64,000 nucleotides of DNA from Candidatus Omnitrophota bacterium (lineage in GTDB: Bacteria > Omnitrophota > Omnitrophia > Omnitrophales > Aquincolibacteriaceae). Made by a program: the position numbers and the translations under genes. Positions within the stretch are counted from its first letter, which is position 1, and every line of letters begins with the position of its first letter. This document shows positions 46,890 through 59,500 of this stretch, piece after piece. Under the pieces are notes generated by a model. The model was not told the DNA's origin. It made no database searches and was given only the letters and a program-made list of their open reading frames with translations. Location of the stretch: the NCBI GenBank assembly GCA_030698625.1, contig JAUYMS010000024.1:482-64481 (forward strand), written 5' to 3'.

Positions 46890-48803
46890 CTAGGAAAAGA
46901 TAGGTTGCTTGAATTTGAGTTCGTCCAAAACGCGAGTTACCACTTTTTTCGGAGACAACCCAAAACTGTCCAGCATCCCATCGCGCGAGCCATGAATGAT
47001 AAACTCGTCCGGTAACGCGAGGCGGTTGACAGGCACATCGAAGATAGAGTGGCGTTCCATCGATTCCAGGACTTTCGAGCCGAAGCCACCTGTCAGCACA
47101 TGTTCCTCTAACGTGAAAAGCATCCTCGTCTTGGAACAAGATTCCCGAAGGAGCACGTCATCGATGGGTTTGGCAAATCGCATATTGACAACGCGGGCAC
47201 TCACACCTTCGCTCTTGAGCAACTCTGCGGCTAGCAGGGCCACGTGCACCATAGTACCGAGCGCAAGGAGAGTCACGTCGTCACCGTCGACAAGCACTTC
47301 GCCTTGCCCGATGCCAAAAGGATTCTGCGGAAAATCGTCATACAGCCTCGGCACATTCGCTCGCGGATATCTGATAGCAAATATCTGCGGATAGGCGAGG
47401 GCCAAATCCAACATCCGTTCCATTTCAAACGCGTCTTTGGGCGCCGCGATAACCGCCTTTGGGACATGCCCAAGATAGCTGATATCAAAAACGCCATTAT
47501 GCGTTTCGCCGTCGGCCCCTACGAGTCCAGCCCGATCCATGGCCAAAACCAGCGGCTGACGCTGCAAGGCTACATCATGAATCAGGTTATCCTGTGAACG
47601 CTGCAAAAAAGTGGAGTAGATCGCACACACCGGCCGCAAACCCCCTTTTGCCAGAGCTCCGGCAAAGGTGACTGCATGCTGCTCCGCGATACCAACGTCA
47701 AAAAAGCGTTCCGGAAATTCTTTCTGAAACGGAACAAGCCCCGTCCCTGAAGGCATAGCCGCCGTGATTGCCACGATACTTGAATCTTTGCGCGCCCGCT
47801 TCATAAGAGCGTTGACGAAGGCCGTAGTATAAGGAATCCCCTCCGGCAAACCCTTGTCGGTTTCCTTGGGACTCCCAATTTTTTCACCCGTCGCCACATT
47901 AAAAGGCGTCACACCATGCAATTTCTCAGAGTGTTTTTCCGCGAACTCATAACCTTTTCCCTTTTGGGTAATAATATGGAGTAACCCGCATTCTCCGAGA
48001 GGCAATACCTTTCGCAGTGTCTTGACCAACCCCACAACATCATGCCCGTCGATCGGTCCAAAATATCGGAAACCCAACTCCTCAAAGAGTATTCCCGGCA
48101 GCAAAAGATGTTTCATCCCCTCTAGACTCGTCGTTGCAAGTCGCCGCAAGCGGGGAAAACGGTCGAGCTGATGCTCCACCTCTGCGCGAATCCTGTTATA
48201 TATTGGATTCGTAATGATCTTGTTCAGGTACTTGCTAATAGCGCCCACGTTCTTGGAGATCGACATCTCATTATCGTTAAGGATGATGAGCATGTCCTTT
48301 TTCATCTGTCCCGCGTTATTGAGCGCCTCATAGGACAAGCCGGAGGTCAATGCACCGTCACCGAAGATAGCAACAACACGCTGGTTAGCGGCCGGAATTT
48401 TCTTAAGATCACGGCTCACAGCAAGCCCCAGAGCTTGTGAAATAGCCGTACCGGCATGCCCGACGATAAACTGATCGTGCGGGCTCTCGAAGGGTGAAGG
48501 AAATCCGCTAAGCCCACCGCCCTGCCTAAGCGTGGACATACGCTGACGCCTGCCGGTTATCATTTTATGGACATACGCCTGATGACCAACGTCCCAGCAA
48601 ATCTTATCCGTAGGAGAATCCAAAACGTAGTGGAGGGCAATGCAGATTTCCAGAGCACCGAGGCTGGCTCCCAAATGACCGCCTGTAACCGCAACACTTT
48701 CGATCAGGTCATTGCGGTATTCTGCCGCCACTTCGGGAAGGTGTTCCAGCGGAATTTTTTTTAGGTCTTCAGGACCATGAATATCTTCAATCCACTGGTA
48801 CAT
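46890..48803 (-). CDS. dxs: 1-deoxy-D-xylulose-5-phosphate synthase.
   Basis: 637 aa, with TPP-binding GGHLGASLG and GDGALTSG, transketolase-like domains. Confidence 0.9.
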   Translation of the reverse strand: MYQWIEDIHGPEDLKKIPLEHLPEVAAEYRNDLIESVAVTGGHLGASLGALEICIALHYVLDSPTDKICWDVGHQAYVHKMITGRRQRMSTLRQGGGLSGFPSPFESPHDQFIVGHAGTAISQALGLAVSRDLKKIPAANQRVVAIFGDGALTSGLSYEALNNAGQMKKDMLIILNDNEMSISKNVGAISKYLNKIITNPIYNRIRAEVEHQLDRFPRLRRLATTSLEGMKHLLLPGILFEELGFRYFGPIDGHDVVGLVKTLRKVLPLGECGLLHIITQKGKGYEFAEKHSEKLHGVTPFNVATGEKIGSPKETDKGLPEGIPYTTAFVNALMKRARKDSSIVAITAAMPSGTGLVPFQKEFPERFFDVGIAEQHAVTFAGALAKGGLRPVCAIYSTFLQRSQDNLIHDVALQRQPLVLAMDRAGLVGADGETHNGVFDISYLGHVPKAVIAAPKDAFEMERMLDLALAYPQIFAIRYPRANVPRLYDDFPQNPFGIGQGEVLVDGDDVTLLALGTMVHVALLAAELLKSEGVSARVVNMRFAKPIDDVLLRESCSKTRMLFTLEEHVLTGGFGSKVLESMERHSIFDVPVNRLALPDEFIIHGSRDGMLDSFGLSPKKVVTRVLDELKFKQPIFS

Positions 48804-49629
48804 GAGCTTCGCTAGGTGTCCTTTCTAATATGAAGTCCGCGAGTATCATCAGTTTCTTGGCGCGCCGCCCCAGGGGTCTTATCTCCCGTTTAGCGAGAGC
48901 GATCAGGTCTCGCACCTTGTCACGCGCCTCACTCGGCTTCAGGATTCGCAGATAACCGTCTCCGTCGATGAGGTCATCCACGGACTGAAAAGCCAGCCCT
49001 ACGGATTCCCCGTACCTGGCTATGTGGCGACGGACTTCTTTGGAAGCGCCGCCCATAATAGCGCCGCAAACAGCACTTGCCTTAATCAACTTACCTGTTT
49101 TATGAATGCTGATGAAGTCCAGGGTCGGTATGTCCAGATCTGAGCCCGTACTCGCCAGATCGGCAACTTGACCGCCGATCATACCATAAATACCGGCGGC
49201 AGTCGATATCTCGCGCAGAAGCGGCACAACCTTGGTCCGCGGCTTGATATCGGCGAGTATTTGGAAAGCTGTATTGAGCAGTCCGTCCCCGGTCAAGACA
49301 GCCATTGCCTCGCCGAAACGCTTGTGGCACGAGGGTTTCCCGCGGCGTTCATCAGCATTATCCAGAGCCGGCAGATCATCATGAACGAGAGAATAGGAAT
49401 GAATCAGCTCAATAGCCGCAGCCGGAATGAGAGCGTCCTTCGCCTTACCCCCCACAGCTTCGCAGGCCGCCAGTGTTATCACCGGGCGGAAACGTTTTCC
49501 GCCGGGAAAAACCGAGTAGCGCATCGCCTCATGGATCACAGGCGGATGCTGAGGGGACGCAGGGATCACCGCATCCAGAGTCTTTTCGATGCCGCCTAAG
49601 TATTTCTTAAATACATCTTCGTATTTCAC
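48787..49629 (-). CDS. ispA: Polyprenyl (farnesyl/geranyl) diphosphate synthase.
   Basis: First and second Asp-rich motifs (LVHDDLPALDNADERRG; VDDLIDGDG). Confidence 0.85.
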   Translation of the reverse strand: MKYEDVFKKYLGGIEKTLDAVIPASPQHPPVIHEAMRYSVFPGGKRFRPVITLAACEAVGGKAKDALIPAAAIELIHSYSLVHDDLPALDNADERRGKPSCHKRFGEAMAVLTGDGLLNTAFQILADIKPRTKVVPLLREISTAAGIYGMIGGQVADLASTGSDLDIPTLDFISIHKTGKLIKASAVCGAIMGGASKEVRRHIARYGESVGLAFQSVDDLIDGDGYLRILKPSEARDKVRDLIALAKREIRPLGRRAKKLMILADFILERTPSEAHVPVD

Positions 49630-49637
49630 CGGATTGC

Positions 49638-49907
49638 CTAACGGGATTTTTTTGCTGCTGGTTTCTTTGCTTCTTCTTCATCTTCGAGGTTGAATGGTTC
49701 CTTTGTAAATGAACCGTCCAAAGATCGGTTAAGGACTTCGATCTTTTTTTCGGCTTGCACAAGCTTCGTCTGGCAAGCGTGCGCCAACTTCACACCCTCC
49801 TCAAATCGCTTGAGGGCATCCTCAAGCTTCACTTCGCCGGATTCCAAATCTTCGACTATTTTTTCAAGTCGCTCCAGCGCCTTCTCAAATACGATTTCCT
49901 CTGCCAT
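49638..49907 (-). CDS. xseB: Exodeoxyribonuclease VII small subunit. The likely start is the internal Met (MAEEIVFEKALERLEKIVEDLESGEV...). The track ORF extends to 49967 and would overlap xseA.
   Basis: XseB signature FE.ALE.LE.IV..LE.G...LE..L..FE.G..L...C; the conserved xseA-xseB-ispA-dxs gene order. Confidence 0.8.
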   Translation of the reverse strand: MAEEIVFEKALERLEKIVEDLESGEVKLEDALKRFEEGVKLAHACQTKLVQAEKKIEVLNRSLDGSFTKEPFNLEDEEEAKKPAAKKSR

Positions 49908-49935
49908 TGTTTTCCCCTCCGATTTCGGTCTGTCG

Positions 49936-51171
49936 CTATTCAATTTTAGTAACCTGCGAATGGACAATTCCCTTCCCAGTGCGGGTTTTTATGGCATCAC
50001 CCACTTTAATACGTTTCGTATCCTTGATCAATGAACCGTCCGAGCGAAACGAAAGTGAATACCCCCTCTCCAAAATTGCCAGGGGGCTTAAGGCGTGAAG
50101 CTTACCGCATACACCTCGCAACTCGTGGTTCTTCTGAGACCACAAGGTCTTTATGTAGTTCTGTAATTGACGGACCAGCTCATCAAGATGTTGTGAGTGT
50201 TGTTCGACAATCGCAAGAGGCTGACGAAAGGCATAACTCCCCTTGAGCGTTTCAAGCCTTTCCCTGAGATCCCCAACCAGTAAGACCGCGCTATTTCGGA
50301 TCCGAGTCTCATAATCCTTAAAGCGGTTCTGTATGTCATCCCGATTCTGCACCACCAGCTCTGCAGCCGCAGACGGTGTGGGGGCTCTTAGATCGGCTAC
50401 CAAATCACAAATTGTCCAGTCGATCTCATGCCCCACGGCAGAAATCACAGGTATTCGCGACTCATAAACAGCCCGTGCAACCGCCTCCTCGTTGAAAGCC
50501 CACAGGTCCTCCAGACTGCCACCACCGCGCCCCACGATCATAACATCAACTAACCCCCAACGATTCATATCAAGCACCGCCTGCGCAATCTCGGCCGCAG
50601 CACCATCCCCCTGCACCCGGACGGGATAAAGCAAGACTTCCGTCCCTTGGAAACGCCGGCCCACGACGTTAAGGATATCTCTAATGGCCGCACCCGTCGA
50701 TGATGTAATGACCCCCACTGTGCGCGGGAACTTCGGAATCTCCTGCTTGTGCTCGACTCGAAATAACCCTTCCTTTTCCAAGCGCTCCTTCATCTGTAAA
50801 AATGCCATTTGAAGCGAGCCTACACCCTGCGGTTCCATGCGGTCGATATATAACTGGTATTGACCACGCGCTTCATACAGTGACGGCCTTGCCAAAGCCA
50901 GCACCTTCAAACCGTCCTTTAATCGAAACTTCAATGATTGATTCTGTCTGCTGAAAAAAGCGGCGTTAATCTGTGACTTGTCGTCCTTCAGAGAGAAATA
51001 GATGTGCCCGGAGCTATGGTACTTACAATTCGAAAGCTCCCCCTCCACCCACAGGGCCCCCTCAAACCTCCCTTCCAACAAAATGCGAACCTCTCGATTC
51101 AAATCACTTACTGTGTAAACTCTGCGTGTACTGTCGATATCATCGAGGGACATACTTTGCGCAGCTTTCAC
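49936..51171 (-). CDS. xseA: Exodeoxyribonuclease VII large subunit.
   Basis: 411 aa with an N-terminal OB fold (VWVEGELSN...GH.YFSLKD) and the catalytic domain. Confidence 0.85.
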   Translation of the reverse strand: MKAAQSMSLDDIDSTRRVYTVSDLNREVRILLEGRFEGALWVEGELSNCKYHSSGHIYFSLKDDKSQINAAFFSRQNQSLKFRLKDGLKVLALARPSLYEARGQYQLYIDRMEPQGVGSLQMAFLQMKERLEKEGLFRVEHKQEIPKFPRTVGVITSSTGAAIRDILNVVGRRFQGTEVLLYPVRVQGDGAAAEIAQAVLDMNRWGLVDVMIVGRGGGSLEDLWAFNEEAVARAVYESRIPVISAVGHEIDWTICDLVADLRAPTPSAAAELVVQNRDDIQNRFKDYETRIRNSAVLLVGDLRERLETLKGSYAFRQPLAIVEQHSQHLDELVRQLQNYIKTLWSQKNHELRGVCGKLHALSPLAILERGYSLSFRSDGSLIKDTKRIKVGDAIKTRTGKGIVHSQVTKIE

Positions 51172-51179
51172 AACTCTCC

Positions 51180-51749
51180 TCAGCCGCGTATGACGCGGTC
51201 TACACGCACATCGCGACGTGTCATGGGGACACGTTTGACAATCTGTTCACGGAATGCAAGCCCGACCTTCTTCACATCTTTAGCGTCCTTCAGTAGTCGG
51301 TCGAAACAGCCGAGACCCCGTCCCAGGCGGCCTTTACCATGATCGAATCCGAGTCCTGGAATAATCATGAGATCCATCTCACTGACTCTTCCCTTTGCAC
51401 CCGGACTGGGCTTAGGCTGACGAATTCCGAATGTCCCCCTGCGAAGATCACGCGCCAAATTGCTGATGCGGTAAATCGTTATGCGGTCTCGTGATTTTCC
51501 TAGATGGGGAACGTACACGCTTTTCTTCAGCGCGAGGGCTTTGGTAATCAGTTCTCGCGTATCCACTTCATCCGGCAAGGCGACATAGGTAAACACCCGC
51601 TTCGCCCTTCTAAAATCGCGTGATCGGATCACCTTCGACACGATGGCTCGACTTCGACTCCTCCTAGCCGACCTCCCTATCCTGGACAGAGATTCTCGTA
51701 ATCGCCTTCTTAGTAATGACTTATTAATTTTGACTAGGGCAGGAAGCAT
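51180..51749 (-). CDS. 5-formyltetrahydrofolate cyclo-ligase.
   Basis: 189 aa with YVALPDEVDT and MDLMIIPGLGFDHGKGRLGRGLG. Confidence 0.8.
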   Translation of the reverse strand: MLPALVKINKSLLRRRLRESLSRIGRSARRSRSRAIVSKVIRSRDFRRAKRVFTYVALPDEVDTRELITKALALKKSVYVPHLGKSRDRITIYRISNLARDLRRGTFGIRQPKPSPGAKGRVSEMDLMIIPGLGFDHGKGRLGRGLGCFDRLLKDAKDVKKVGLAFREQIVKRVPMTRRDVRVDRVIRG

Positions 51750-51854
51750 ACTGGATTGGGGAATATTCTAGCTAAATGCGGCTGAAAAGACCACAAAAAA
51801 AGCCCCGGTGCCTTGAGAGGCATCGGGGCCGTCGCATAATACTGAGGCGACTAA

Positions 51855-53402
51855 TTAGAATGCTAAAGTTACTTCCGCCGTAAGTATCTTGGCGTTTTCG
51901 TCCGCTGTAGTCACGGATTGTCCGGCGGAAGTCAGGACGCTGGCATCAGTATGAAAGTAGTCGCCCGGCATGAAGATACCTCCGATCATCTTGAATTGAA
52001 GATCTTCGGTATAATCATAAGTCAGGACCATATCCAGTTCGTTACCAATGAATCGACCTCGTCCCTCAATGACGCTCTCATCAAGCCAATACATTAGCCA
52101 CCGACCGAACAGGCCAAGATCAGGGTTATTGAAAGGATGAAAGAGCACATCGACCATAAGCTGGTGCTGGTTGGTGAAGCCGGGAGTAACATCCGGGTCC
52201 GTTAAATAAAACTGGCCCTGAAACTCTCTGATAGCACTGTGGAATTTCCCGCGATAGAGCGGTCGCCATGCGCCCGATTTTCCTCTTTCTGAGATCTCTT
52301 CACCCGAATAGAAAACCCACTCAGCACCGAGGGTCATCGGCCACGGTGACTCAATCCAATCCCACTCCGCCCGCAGGTCATAGGCAAACGCCCTGATGTT
52401 CTGCCGATTATCACCATTCAGGGTAAAGCGCGCCAAAGTAGAAGTTGTCGGAGGTGAGTTTGCCTGTCCGCTGGCGCCACCTTCTTCACCCCATTGAAAC
52501 GCAAATTCGCCATTCAGGCGCATCCTATCCCAGGGCTTGATCCCGCCACGCGTACCGATCGTCCATATCTCCTCGGTCTTCGCAAAAGTGTCGCCTGTGC
52601 CGTTGAGCCTGGCAGCATCTCTATCCCCCAGGAAGTACATTTCCCCTTCTGCGTCATAGGCACTGAAAGCACGGCCGACATTGATACCGAAGGCGTTGTG
52701 ATCATCACCGTTGTTGATACCGAGCTCTGCAATCTTTGCCGCAAAGGCATCAAAATGCCAGTCCCCTTTCTCTACGTAGAATCGGACCGCGTCAAAACTG
52801 TTAAAAAGACTGAACTCGTCCGCGCTGATCGTCCCACTCGGATCGGGATTTCCAAGTTGATTGTCGCCGAGCACAAAGCCATCACCCCAGTGGAGATTCT
52901 GGCGACCGATCGTGACGGAAAGCTCCGGATAATAGAGCTCCTTGATGGTAATATTCGCAAGGTTCAGAATAACATCAAATTGGTCATTTGCTGCGCTTGA
53001 ACCACCAGCCGCACCGGGGCCAATATTTGTAGCGGTCGTTAAGCCGGACCCGTTCGCAGCGCCTGACGGCGGATCCCAGTCGCGCTGATTCAGCAATTCA
53101 ACTTCTCCGGATATATTGCCGGTAAGGTCGGCATCAACGCGAAGACGCATGGTGCTCATGACAAATCGCTGTGTCTCATCCGTGGGGTTAAACTTAGTCC
53201 CGTTGAAGGTGTCATTCCCCTTGATAGCACCAAGGGAATAGCTGTCCTTATAGATGCCGCGGACGTTGATGTCTCCGCTAACCTTCACGTTTTCAACCGC
53301 AGCGAAGGCCGGCACGCCAACTAGTGACAACACGAAGAATACGGCTAAAAATGGCGTTTTACGCATGGCTAAAAGCCTCCCCTGGTGAAATTTCGGTTGC
53401 AC
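51855..53402 (-). CDS. Outer-membrane beta-barrel protein (porin-like) with a signal peptide.
   Basis: Signal peptide MRKTPFLAVFFVLSLVGVPAFA, an alternating amphipathic beta-strand pattern, and an aromatic C-terminal residue (...EVTLAF). Confidence 0.7.
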   Translation of the reverse strand: MQPKFHQGRLLAMRKTPFLAVFFVLSLVGVPAFAAVENVKVSGDINVRGIYKDSYSLGAIKGNDTFNGTKFNPTDETQRFVMSTMRLRVDADLTGNISGEVELLNQRDWDPPSGAANGSGLTTATNIGPGAAGGSSAANDQFDVILNLANITIKELYYPELSVTIGRQNLHWGDGFVLGDNQLGNPDPSGTISADEFSLFNSFDAVRFYVEKGDWHFDAFAAKIAELGINNGDDHNAFGINVGRAFSAYDAEGEMYFLGDRDAARLNGTGDTFAKTEEIWTIGTRGGIKPWDRMRLNGEFAFQWGEEGGASGQANSPPTTSTLARFTLNGDNRQNIRAFAYDLRAEWDWIESPWPMTLGAEWVFYSGEEISERGKSGAWRPLYRGKFHSAIREFQGQFYLTDPDVTPGFTNQHQLMVDVLFHPFNNPDLGLFGRWLMYWLDESVIEGRGRFIGNELDMVLTYDYTEDLQFKMIGGIFMPGDYFHTDASVLTSAGQSVTTADENAKILTAEVTLAF

Positions 53403-53571
53403 CTGAGTGCAGATTATTCCATGCGTTAGTTTTCGACAGGGGTAGGCAAAACTTAAGAGCTATCTCCGATATTTGATTTTAACGGCGCTATTATTTACTA
53501 TATATTAGACGGATTTGCGCACAATTAGCAATTATTCGGTGGATATGGCGGGTGGGACAAAAAAGCGGGAT

Positions 53572-56500
53572 TTAATTTAACTGTAGGGATTGACGCATTT
53601 TCACAAGTTGCGCCTCTAGTTGACTAGCCTTACTCTCGAGCGCCCTCTCGCGAACCTCTAGGCCTCGGTTTTTTTCAACCATCTCGATACGCTGCTTCTC
53701 TAATTGCTCAAGCCTCACATCCAATTCACGCTGACGGCCCTCTAACTTCCCTTCAAGCTCCTGCAACTTCTGCTCACGGTTCTTGACCTGCTCTTCCTGC
53801 TGCGAAAGCTCACTGCGTGTTTTCTCATACGCTTCCTGATTCTCTTCGTGGTTGCGCAATAAAGCCTCGAGGGCTTGCCGGTCAGACTTGAGTTGGGTCG
53901 TTTGCTTCTTCAGATCCCTTTCTCTCGCCGCGAGCTCCTGCTGTTCTTTCTTCAGAGACCGCCTGGCATCATCCGAATTCTTCCCCTGAAGCTTCTTAAG
54001 CTCAGCCTCCCGTTTTTCAAGCTCTTCTCTCTGCTTCACAATGCGCTTCTCTGCCTCCTCAAGGATAGCCATTTTTGAAGTCACGCCCTCACTGTCAACC
54101 TTAATTTTTTCCTCCTGCTGTTTCAGGTCCGTCTCACGGCGCTGTCTCTCATTTTCCCAATTGCTCACAGCAAGCTCCCGGACCGAGACAGAAGCCTTAC
54201 GCGCCTCCGAGAATTTTTCCTTCTCATCACGGATCGCCTGAGCCTCTCGCTCAAGCTCTTGCGAGCGCCGATCCAGTTCCTTGGCTCGCTCCCCGATTTC
54301 AGCTTTAACCTCATCCAACTGCATCTGGTACTCCGTGACTCGAGGAAGGAAATTCTTGTCAAAGTCTTCGAGCATTTCACTGCGAACACTGAGGTCTGCC
54401 AAAATCTTCTGCTGCTGAGTCTGCCACCTCTCCTGCTCCTCGCGCACTTTTTTGATCTGGCCAAGCAGGGTTGCACGCACAGACAGGACCTTACTCTCAC
54501 GCTCCGAAAGCATACGCTCGCGTCCCGCGACATCTTTTTCCCAATCAGCCTTGATTGTTTCCGCTTCACGACGCAATAGCCCGGCCTTTTCCTCATCCCA
54601 AGCCGCGATCCGCTGGTCCAAAGCAAGCGCATTCTCATCGAACGTCTTTCGGGCCTGCAAGAAATCTGTCTCGCGCTTATCGAGAGCTTCCTTCCCGGCA
54701 TCGCGTTCCTTAAGCCATTCGTTTTTCATTTTCTCAAATGTCTCGCGTTCACTCTCGACAACCTCATCCTGCCGCGAGAGATCACTCAATCTTTCCTGTA
54801 AGACACGTTCCCGCTTGGAAAGTTCTTGAGCCGTTTCTTCGATCTTCTCCGCTCGCCTCTCCAGTTTTGATCTCTCATCTTTCAGATCACTTTCTTCCTT
54901 CCTCAGTTCGTGCAAACGGTTCTCCAACTGCTTAACGCGGCGTTCGTAAGTGGAGGTCTCTTCGTCGCGCTCAAGTTCCCATTCTTTAACACGTTTCTCA
55001 AACGCCGCCTTCTCAGCTGCCACCGAAGACATTTCCTTTTTAGATTTCCCCTGCCACGTCTTCCTTTCGTTTTCGAGTGACCGCCTATCATCTTCCAACC
55101 GTTTCTTCTCTCCCTCGAAGGTCACGCGTTCACTTTCCAAAGCAGTCCTATCGACGTCTATTTTCCCGCGAGCGCTTTCCAGCGATTGCTGGCGTACTTG
55201 GACGGCCTTCTCCTGCTGTTCAATAGTCCTAGCGCGCTGCTCCCAAGCTTCTTTCTGGCTCTTAAACTCCGACTCCCAACTGGCCCGAGCTTCAGTTAAT
55301 TCCCTCCGAGCACTCTCCAGTTCATTCCGAAGCACCTCATCCTGCGCAGTTCCCTCACTACCCGTCGGCGCAGGCGTCTCAGCAATATGCTTATCCACTT
55401 CCGCTTCCCGCTTTTCCAGTCTTTCAACACGCTCATTAAACAGTTTTCTTTTCTGATCAAATTCATCTTCCCACTTCATTTGCCATTCATTAAGGACTTC
55501 GGCTTGAGCCGTAAGCTCATCGGCAACCTTTTTACGATTTTCTTCCCACGCCTCACGCTCTCTTTCAAAGGCTTTCTGCTGCTCTTCCAAAGCTTTAGTC
55601 GATTGGTACAATCCCCGTTCTTCTTTCTCGAGCTCTTCGTGTCTCTGCCGTATTTCGCCTCTTTCCTTATCCATTGCGCTCCTGGCTGCTTCCAATTCCG
55701 TTGCCCGTGTTCGCGCCTGGTCGGTTCTCCCATCAATGTCTGCGGCTCGACCGGCGAAGGCACTTGCTTCTGCGCTATATTTTCTTTCGAGCTCACGCTC
55801 GCGCATATCGAGCTCGCCTTTTTTACGTGTCAGCTCGGTCAGCACCTTCTCGCTTTTGTTTTCCCACTTTTCCCGTCTCTCATCAAATTCGCGGCGCTCT
55901 TTTCGCAACGCCGCTCTCTCAGCGGCAAGATTTCCTACATCCCCAGAAGCGGCCTGTCCTCCGAGGCCGTCTTGGCCCTCCGGCATTAAAACAGAAGACT
56001 TCCTTCGCGCCTCTATGGCCGCTTCCTGCGCTTCCAATTCCTGACGCTGTCGCCCGAGACGTTCCTCGATTCGCTCATACCGCCGCTGCCACTGCTCGCG
56101 TTCAATCACAAACTCTTCACGATCTCGCTCCAGCCTCTTCTCGGACTCGCCAAGCTGACGAGATTGGTGATTATAAGTCTTCTCGCGCTTATCCAGGTCT
56201 GCGATCGCGGCATTGAGCTCCTCATCGCGCTTTTTTAAACGCATTCGCTCTTCGCGAATATCTTCTTCACGCACATCGAAGGCCATTTCCGTTTGCCATA
56301 CCGCAACCTGCTCCTCTTTACCTTCAAACTGTTTGGCCATCTGCAGGCGGCTAGCCTCCGCGCGCTTGCGCTCACGATCAAGCGCTGCTCGCTCCTCATC
56401 AAGGCGTTCTCTCTCTTTTGAAAGATCGCGAGCTTCGCTGCCCAGTTGTTCGGCTCGATCATCTAAACGTTTCTGCAGCGCCTTAAGTTCCTTGCCATCG

Positions 56501-59500
56501 CTGCCGCGCCCGCTCCCTCCACCGCGAATTCGCTTGGCACCCTCTTCAAGATCACGCTCGCGATCATCCAACTCTCGCAGTCTCCGATCAAACTCCATCT
56601 GCTGTTCGCGACTTTCCTTTTCGCGACGCTGCTTTTGGACTTCCCATGCGTCGGCCTTCTTCTTCCACTCCGCATTCAAAGCTTCACGATCTTTTTCCCA
56701 TTGTTTACGGAGCGCCTCAAACGATCCCTGTTCCTTCAATAGGGCGGCACGCATTGACTCAGCCTCGCTAATCTTTTTCTTATAGTGTTCGTCGCTCCCC
56801 TTAAGCTCCGCCCGAATCTTTTCAAGCTCTGCACGATCCTTCTCGATCGACTGACGCAGATCCTCAAGCGTTTTCTTCTCTTCAACGAGTTGTTCAAGTT
56901 TTTGATTAAGCTCCTGTCCCTTTTCCTGAATCGCCTTTTCCCACGCGGCCTGCCGCGCTGCAAACTCGTCTCGCTGGGAAACCAGGTTTTTCTCGGCACT
57001 CTTCAGTCGGGTTATCTGCTCACTAAGATTCCGATTCTCATCTGCAAGAGTCTTCTGCTGCTCTGTCAACTGGCGTTTTAAGCTCTCGGCTTCCAGCCTC
57101 TCCTGCCCAAGATCCTCCTGTGAGGCTCGCAAAGCCGTAAGTTCTTTTTCACGAACTAGCAGCTCCTTCATCTTTTTCTCGATATCGTCACTACGCAAAA
57201 TCAAGTCGACCTCACGCTCTTCAAGCGCCACGGCCTTGGCGTCCAAGTTTTGAACCCTTTCATCAAAACCTTGCTGGCGGACATCGAATTCTTGTTCCCA
57301 ACGTTTAGCCCATTCATTGAAAAGGCGCGCTTCCTCTGCAAGCTTCTCAGCTTCCTTTTGATTGCGCTCGTCCCACTCCGTTCTTTTCTCGGACAGAGTT
57401 TGACTGTCCATCAACATGCTTTCTTTCGATCTCTCCACTTCGCGAATTCGTTCGGTGGACTCTACTTCGCGCCTTTCGATCTCACGCCGTTCCGCTTCAA
57501 GCCGGCGCGCGGTACTTTCAAGAGAAGCCTCACGCTCAACCAAAGCATGCTGCTGAGCTGCCAAATCGTCTTCAAACTGCGCCAGATTCTGGCGCCCACG
57601 CCCCAATTCCAGCTGCCGCGCCTCCTCGCTTGCCTGAACCGCCAAGTCGCGCTGTCTTAATTCATCTTCCCTCTCTGCTAACTCCCGCCATCTTTCCTGG
57701 CGACGAGTCTCCCAAATCGCCTGATCAGATTCGAAAGCCTGCTTATCGGCCATGAGTTCGCGCTTAAGCTGCTCTTCGTCAAAAGTCGCTTTCTTAAACT
57801 GGGCTTTTTCTTGTTCTAATGCCCGCTTACTTTCTTCCAAACGCACCATTTCGTCCTCAAAATCCTGCTCGCGCGCCTCAAGCCTACTCTGCTGGCCCTT
57901 CAATATTTCTGATTTTTCATTAATGAGTCGCATTTCCTCGGCTAACTGACGGGCACTCAGGCCCAATTCATCTTGGGATTTTTTTGTCCGGCTTTCCCAG
58001 TCAGCGTTCTTACGCTCAACGTCTTCAGCCTGACGTTTCAACTCCTGTTCAGCTTGAAGACGCTTAGCCTCCCAGTCATCCTTGCTGACGAGAAAATCGA
58101 TGCGTCTCTGTTCCTGCTTTGCCGCCTCCGCAGACAGACGACTCTTTTCCTCTTCAAGCGACTTCGCGCTCAAAGCCAGTCTTTCACCCTCCAGTTTGAG
58201 CTGATTACTTCTTGTCTCAAGGGAAGATTCCATCTCTTCAAATTTCACGGCTTGAGCTTCGACCTTCGCCCGCTCTTCGTCGAGATGCTTCGCATCCGCC
58301 GCCAGCTGCTGTTCGGCTCTAGATTGCTGTTCTCTCCAAGCTGTCACACTGTTATCAAAAGCCGTTCTTTGAGCGGCCAACTCACGCTCTTCGGAATTAT
58401 GCCGCGCATCAGATGCCGCCTTCTCGCTGCTAAATTCCTCTTGCCGCTGTCTCAGAAGAGCCGAGTCCTTGTCAAAGTTCGCTGCCTCTGCGGCCAATGT
58501 CTCGCGCTTGCGGTCTAAGACTTCGCGCTCCTCACGAAAATTCTCCTGATTTGCAGTGAGTGCCTTTTCACTTACGTGTAAAGCAGACGCACGCTTACTA
58601 ATATCATCCTGCTCGGCTTTGAGGCGCTCGGCTTCCTTCTGCAGCGCATCCTCTTTCGCCTGAATCTCCGCGGCCCAAACCATCTGCCGCTCTTTGAAAT
58701 CTTTTTTCTCGCCCAGGAACTGCATGCTGGCAATACCCTGCTTTGACTCAAACGCTTTTTTCTCGAGTCCGAATTCTCTCTTATCCTCCTCGAACGCCGC
58801 CAGCAATCCTTTTATCCTCATGCGTTCATTCTTAACGCGTGTCTCCTCCGCCTCATTACTTACCCGTTTAGTATCAAGCGCTGCTTCTTTAGAATCTACC
58901 TCTTGTTTCAATATTTCGATTTTTTCACTGCGCGTTTCCAGCGCCTTTAGGCGGTCCCGAAGGTCCTGTTCCCTAATCACCAGAGCCTTCTCAACTTCGT
59001 TCCGGCGGGCATCCCAAGCAGCAATCTGACCTTCCACAAGGCTCTGACGCTCTGCGATTTCCTGCTCGCGGGCAAATCGCTGTTCCTCGTACTTTTTGCG
59101 ATCGGCAGTCAACTTCGCTTCCCGCTCTTCAAGACGCTTGCCTGCGTCAGAAAATTCAGCGCGCTCCTGCAGCAATTGTTTCTTACCTTGCTCCAAGTCC
59201 TGCAGCTTTCCGCCCAGATCGGTACGCTTGGCCTCTAGGGCTTGTTCTCCATCCTGAACGACCATCAGCCTGGTGTCCAAGTCTGCATGACCTTGATCAA
59301 GCTTTCTCTGTCTTTCAGTAATCTCTGACTCCTTTTCCCGCTTCTGTCGAGTCCACTCCGTGAGCGTCTCATTGAGAGCCTGCCGCTGATCACCGATCTC
59401 TTTTTCGAATGCCTTTTGCTTGTCCACAAAGGCCGCCGCTTCCGCACGAAATTCTTTTTCAGCTTCCGCCTGTTGCGCCAGTCGTGCACTTAAATCAGCC

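Noticed and set aside
53403-53571. GCAC-CTGA-GTGC partial palindrome in the OMP upstream region
   Set aside because: The stem is only 4 bp, which could arise by chance in an AT-rich promoter region.
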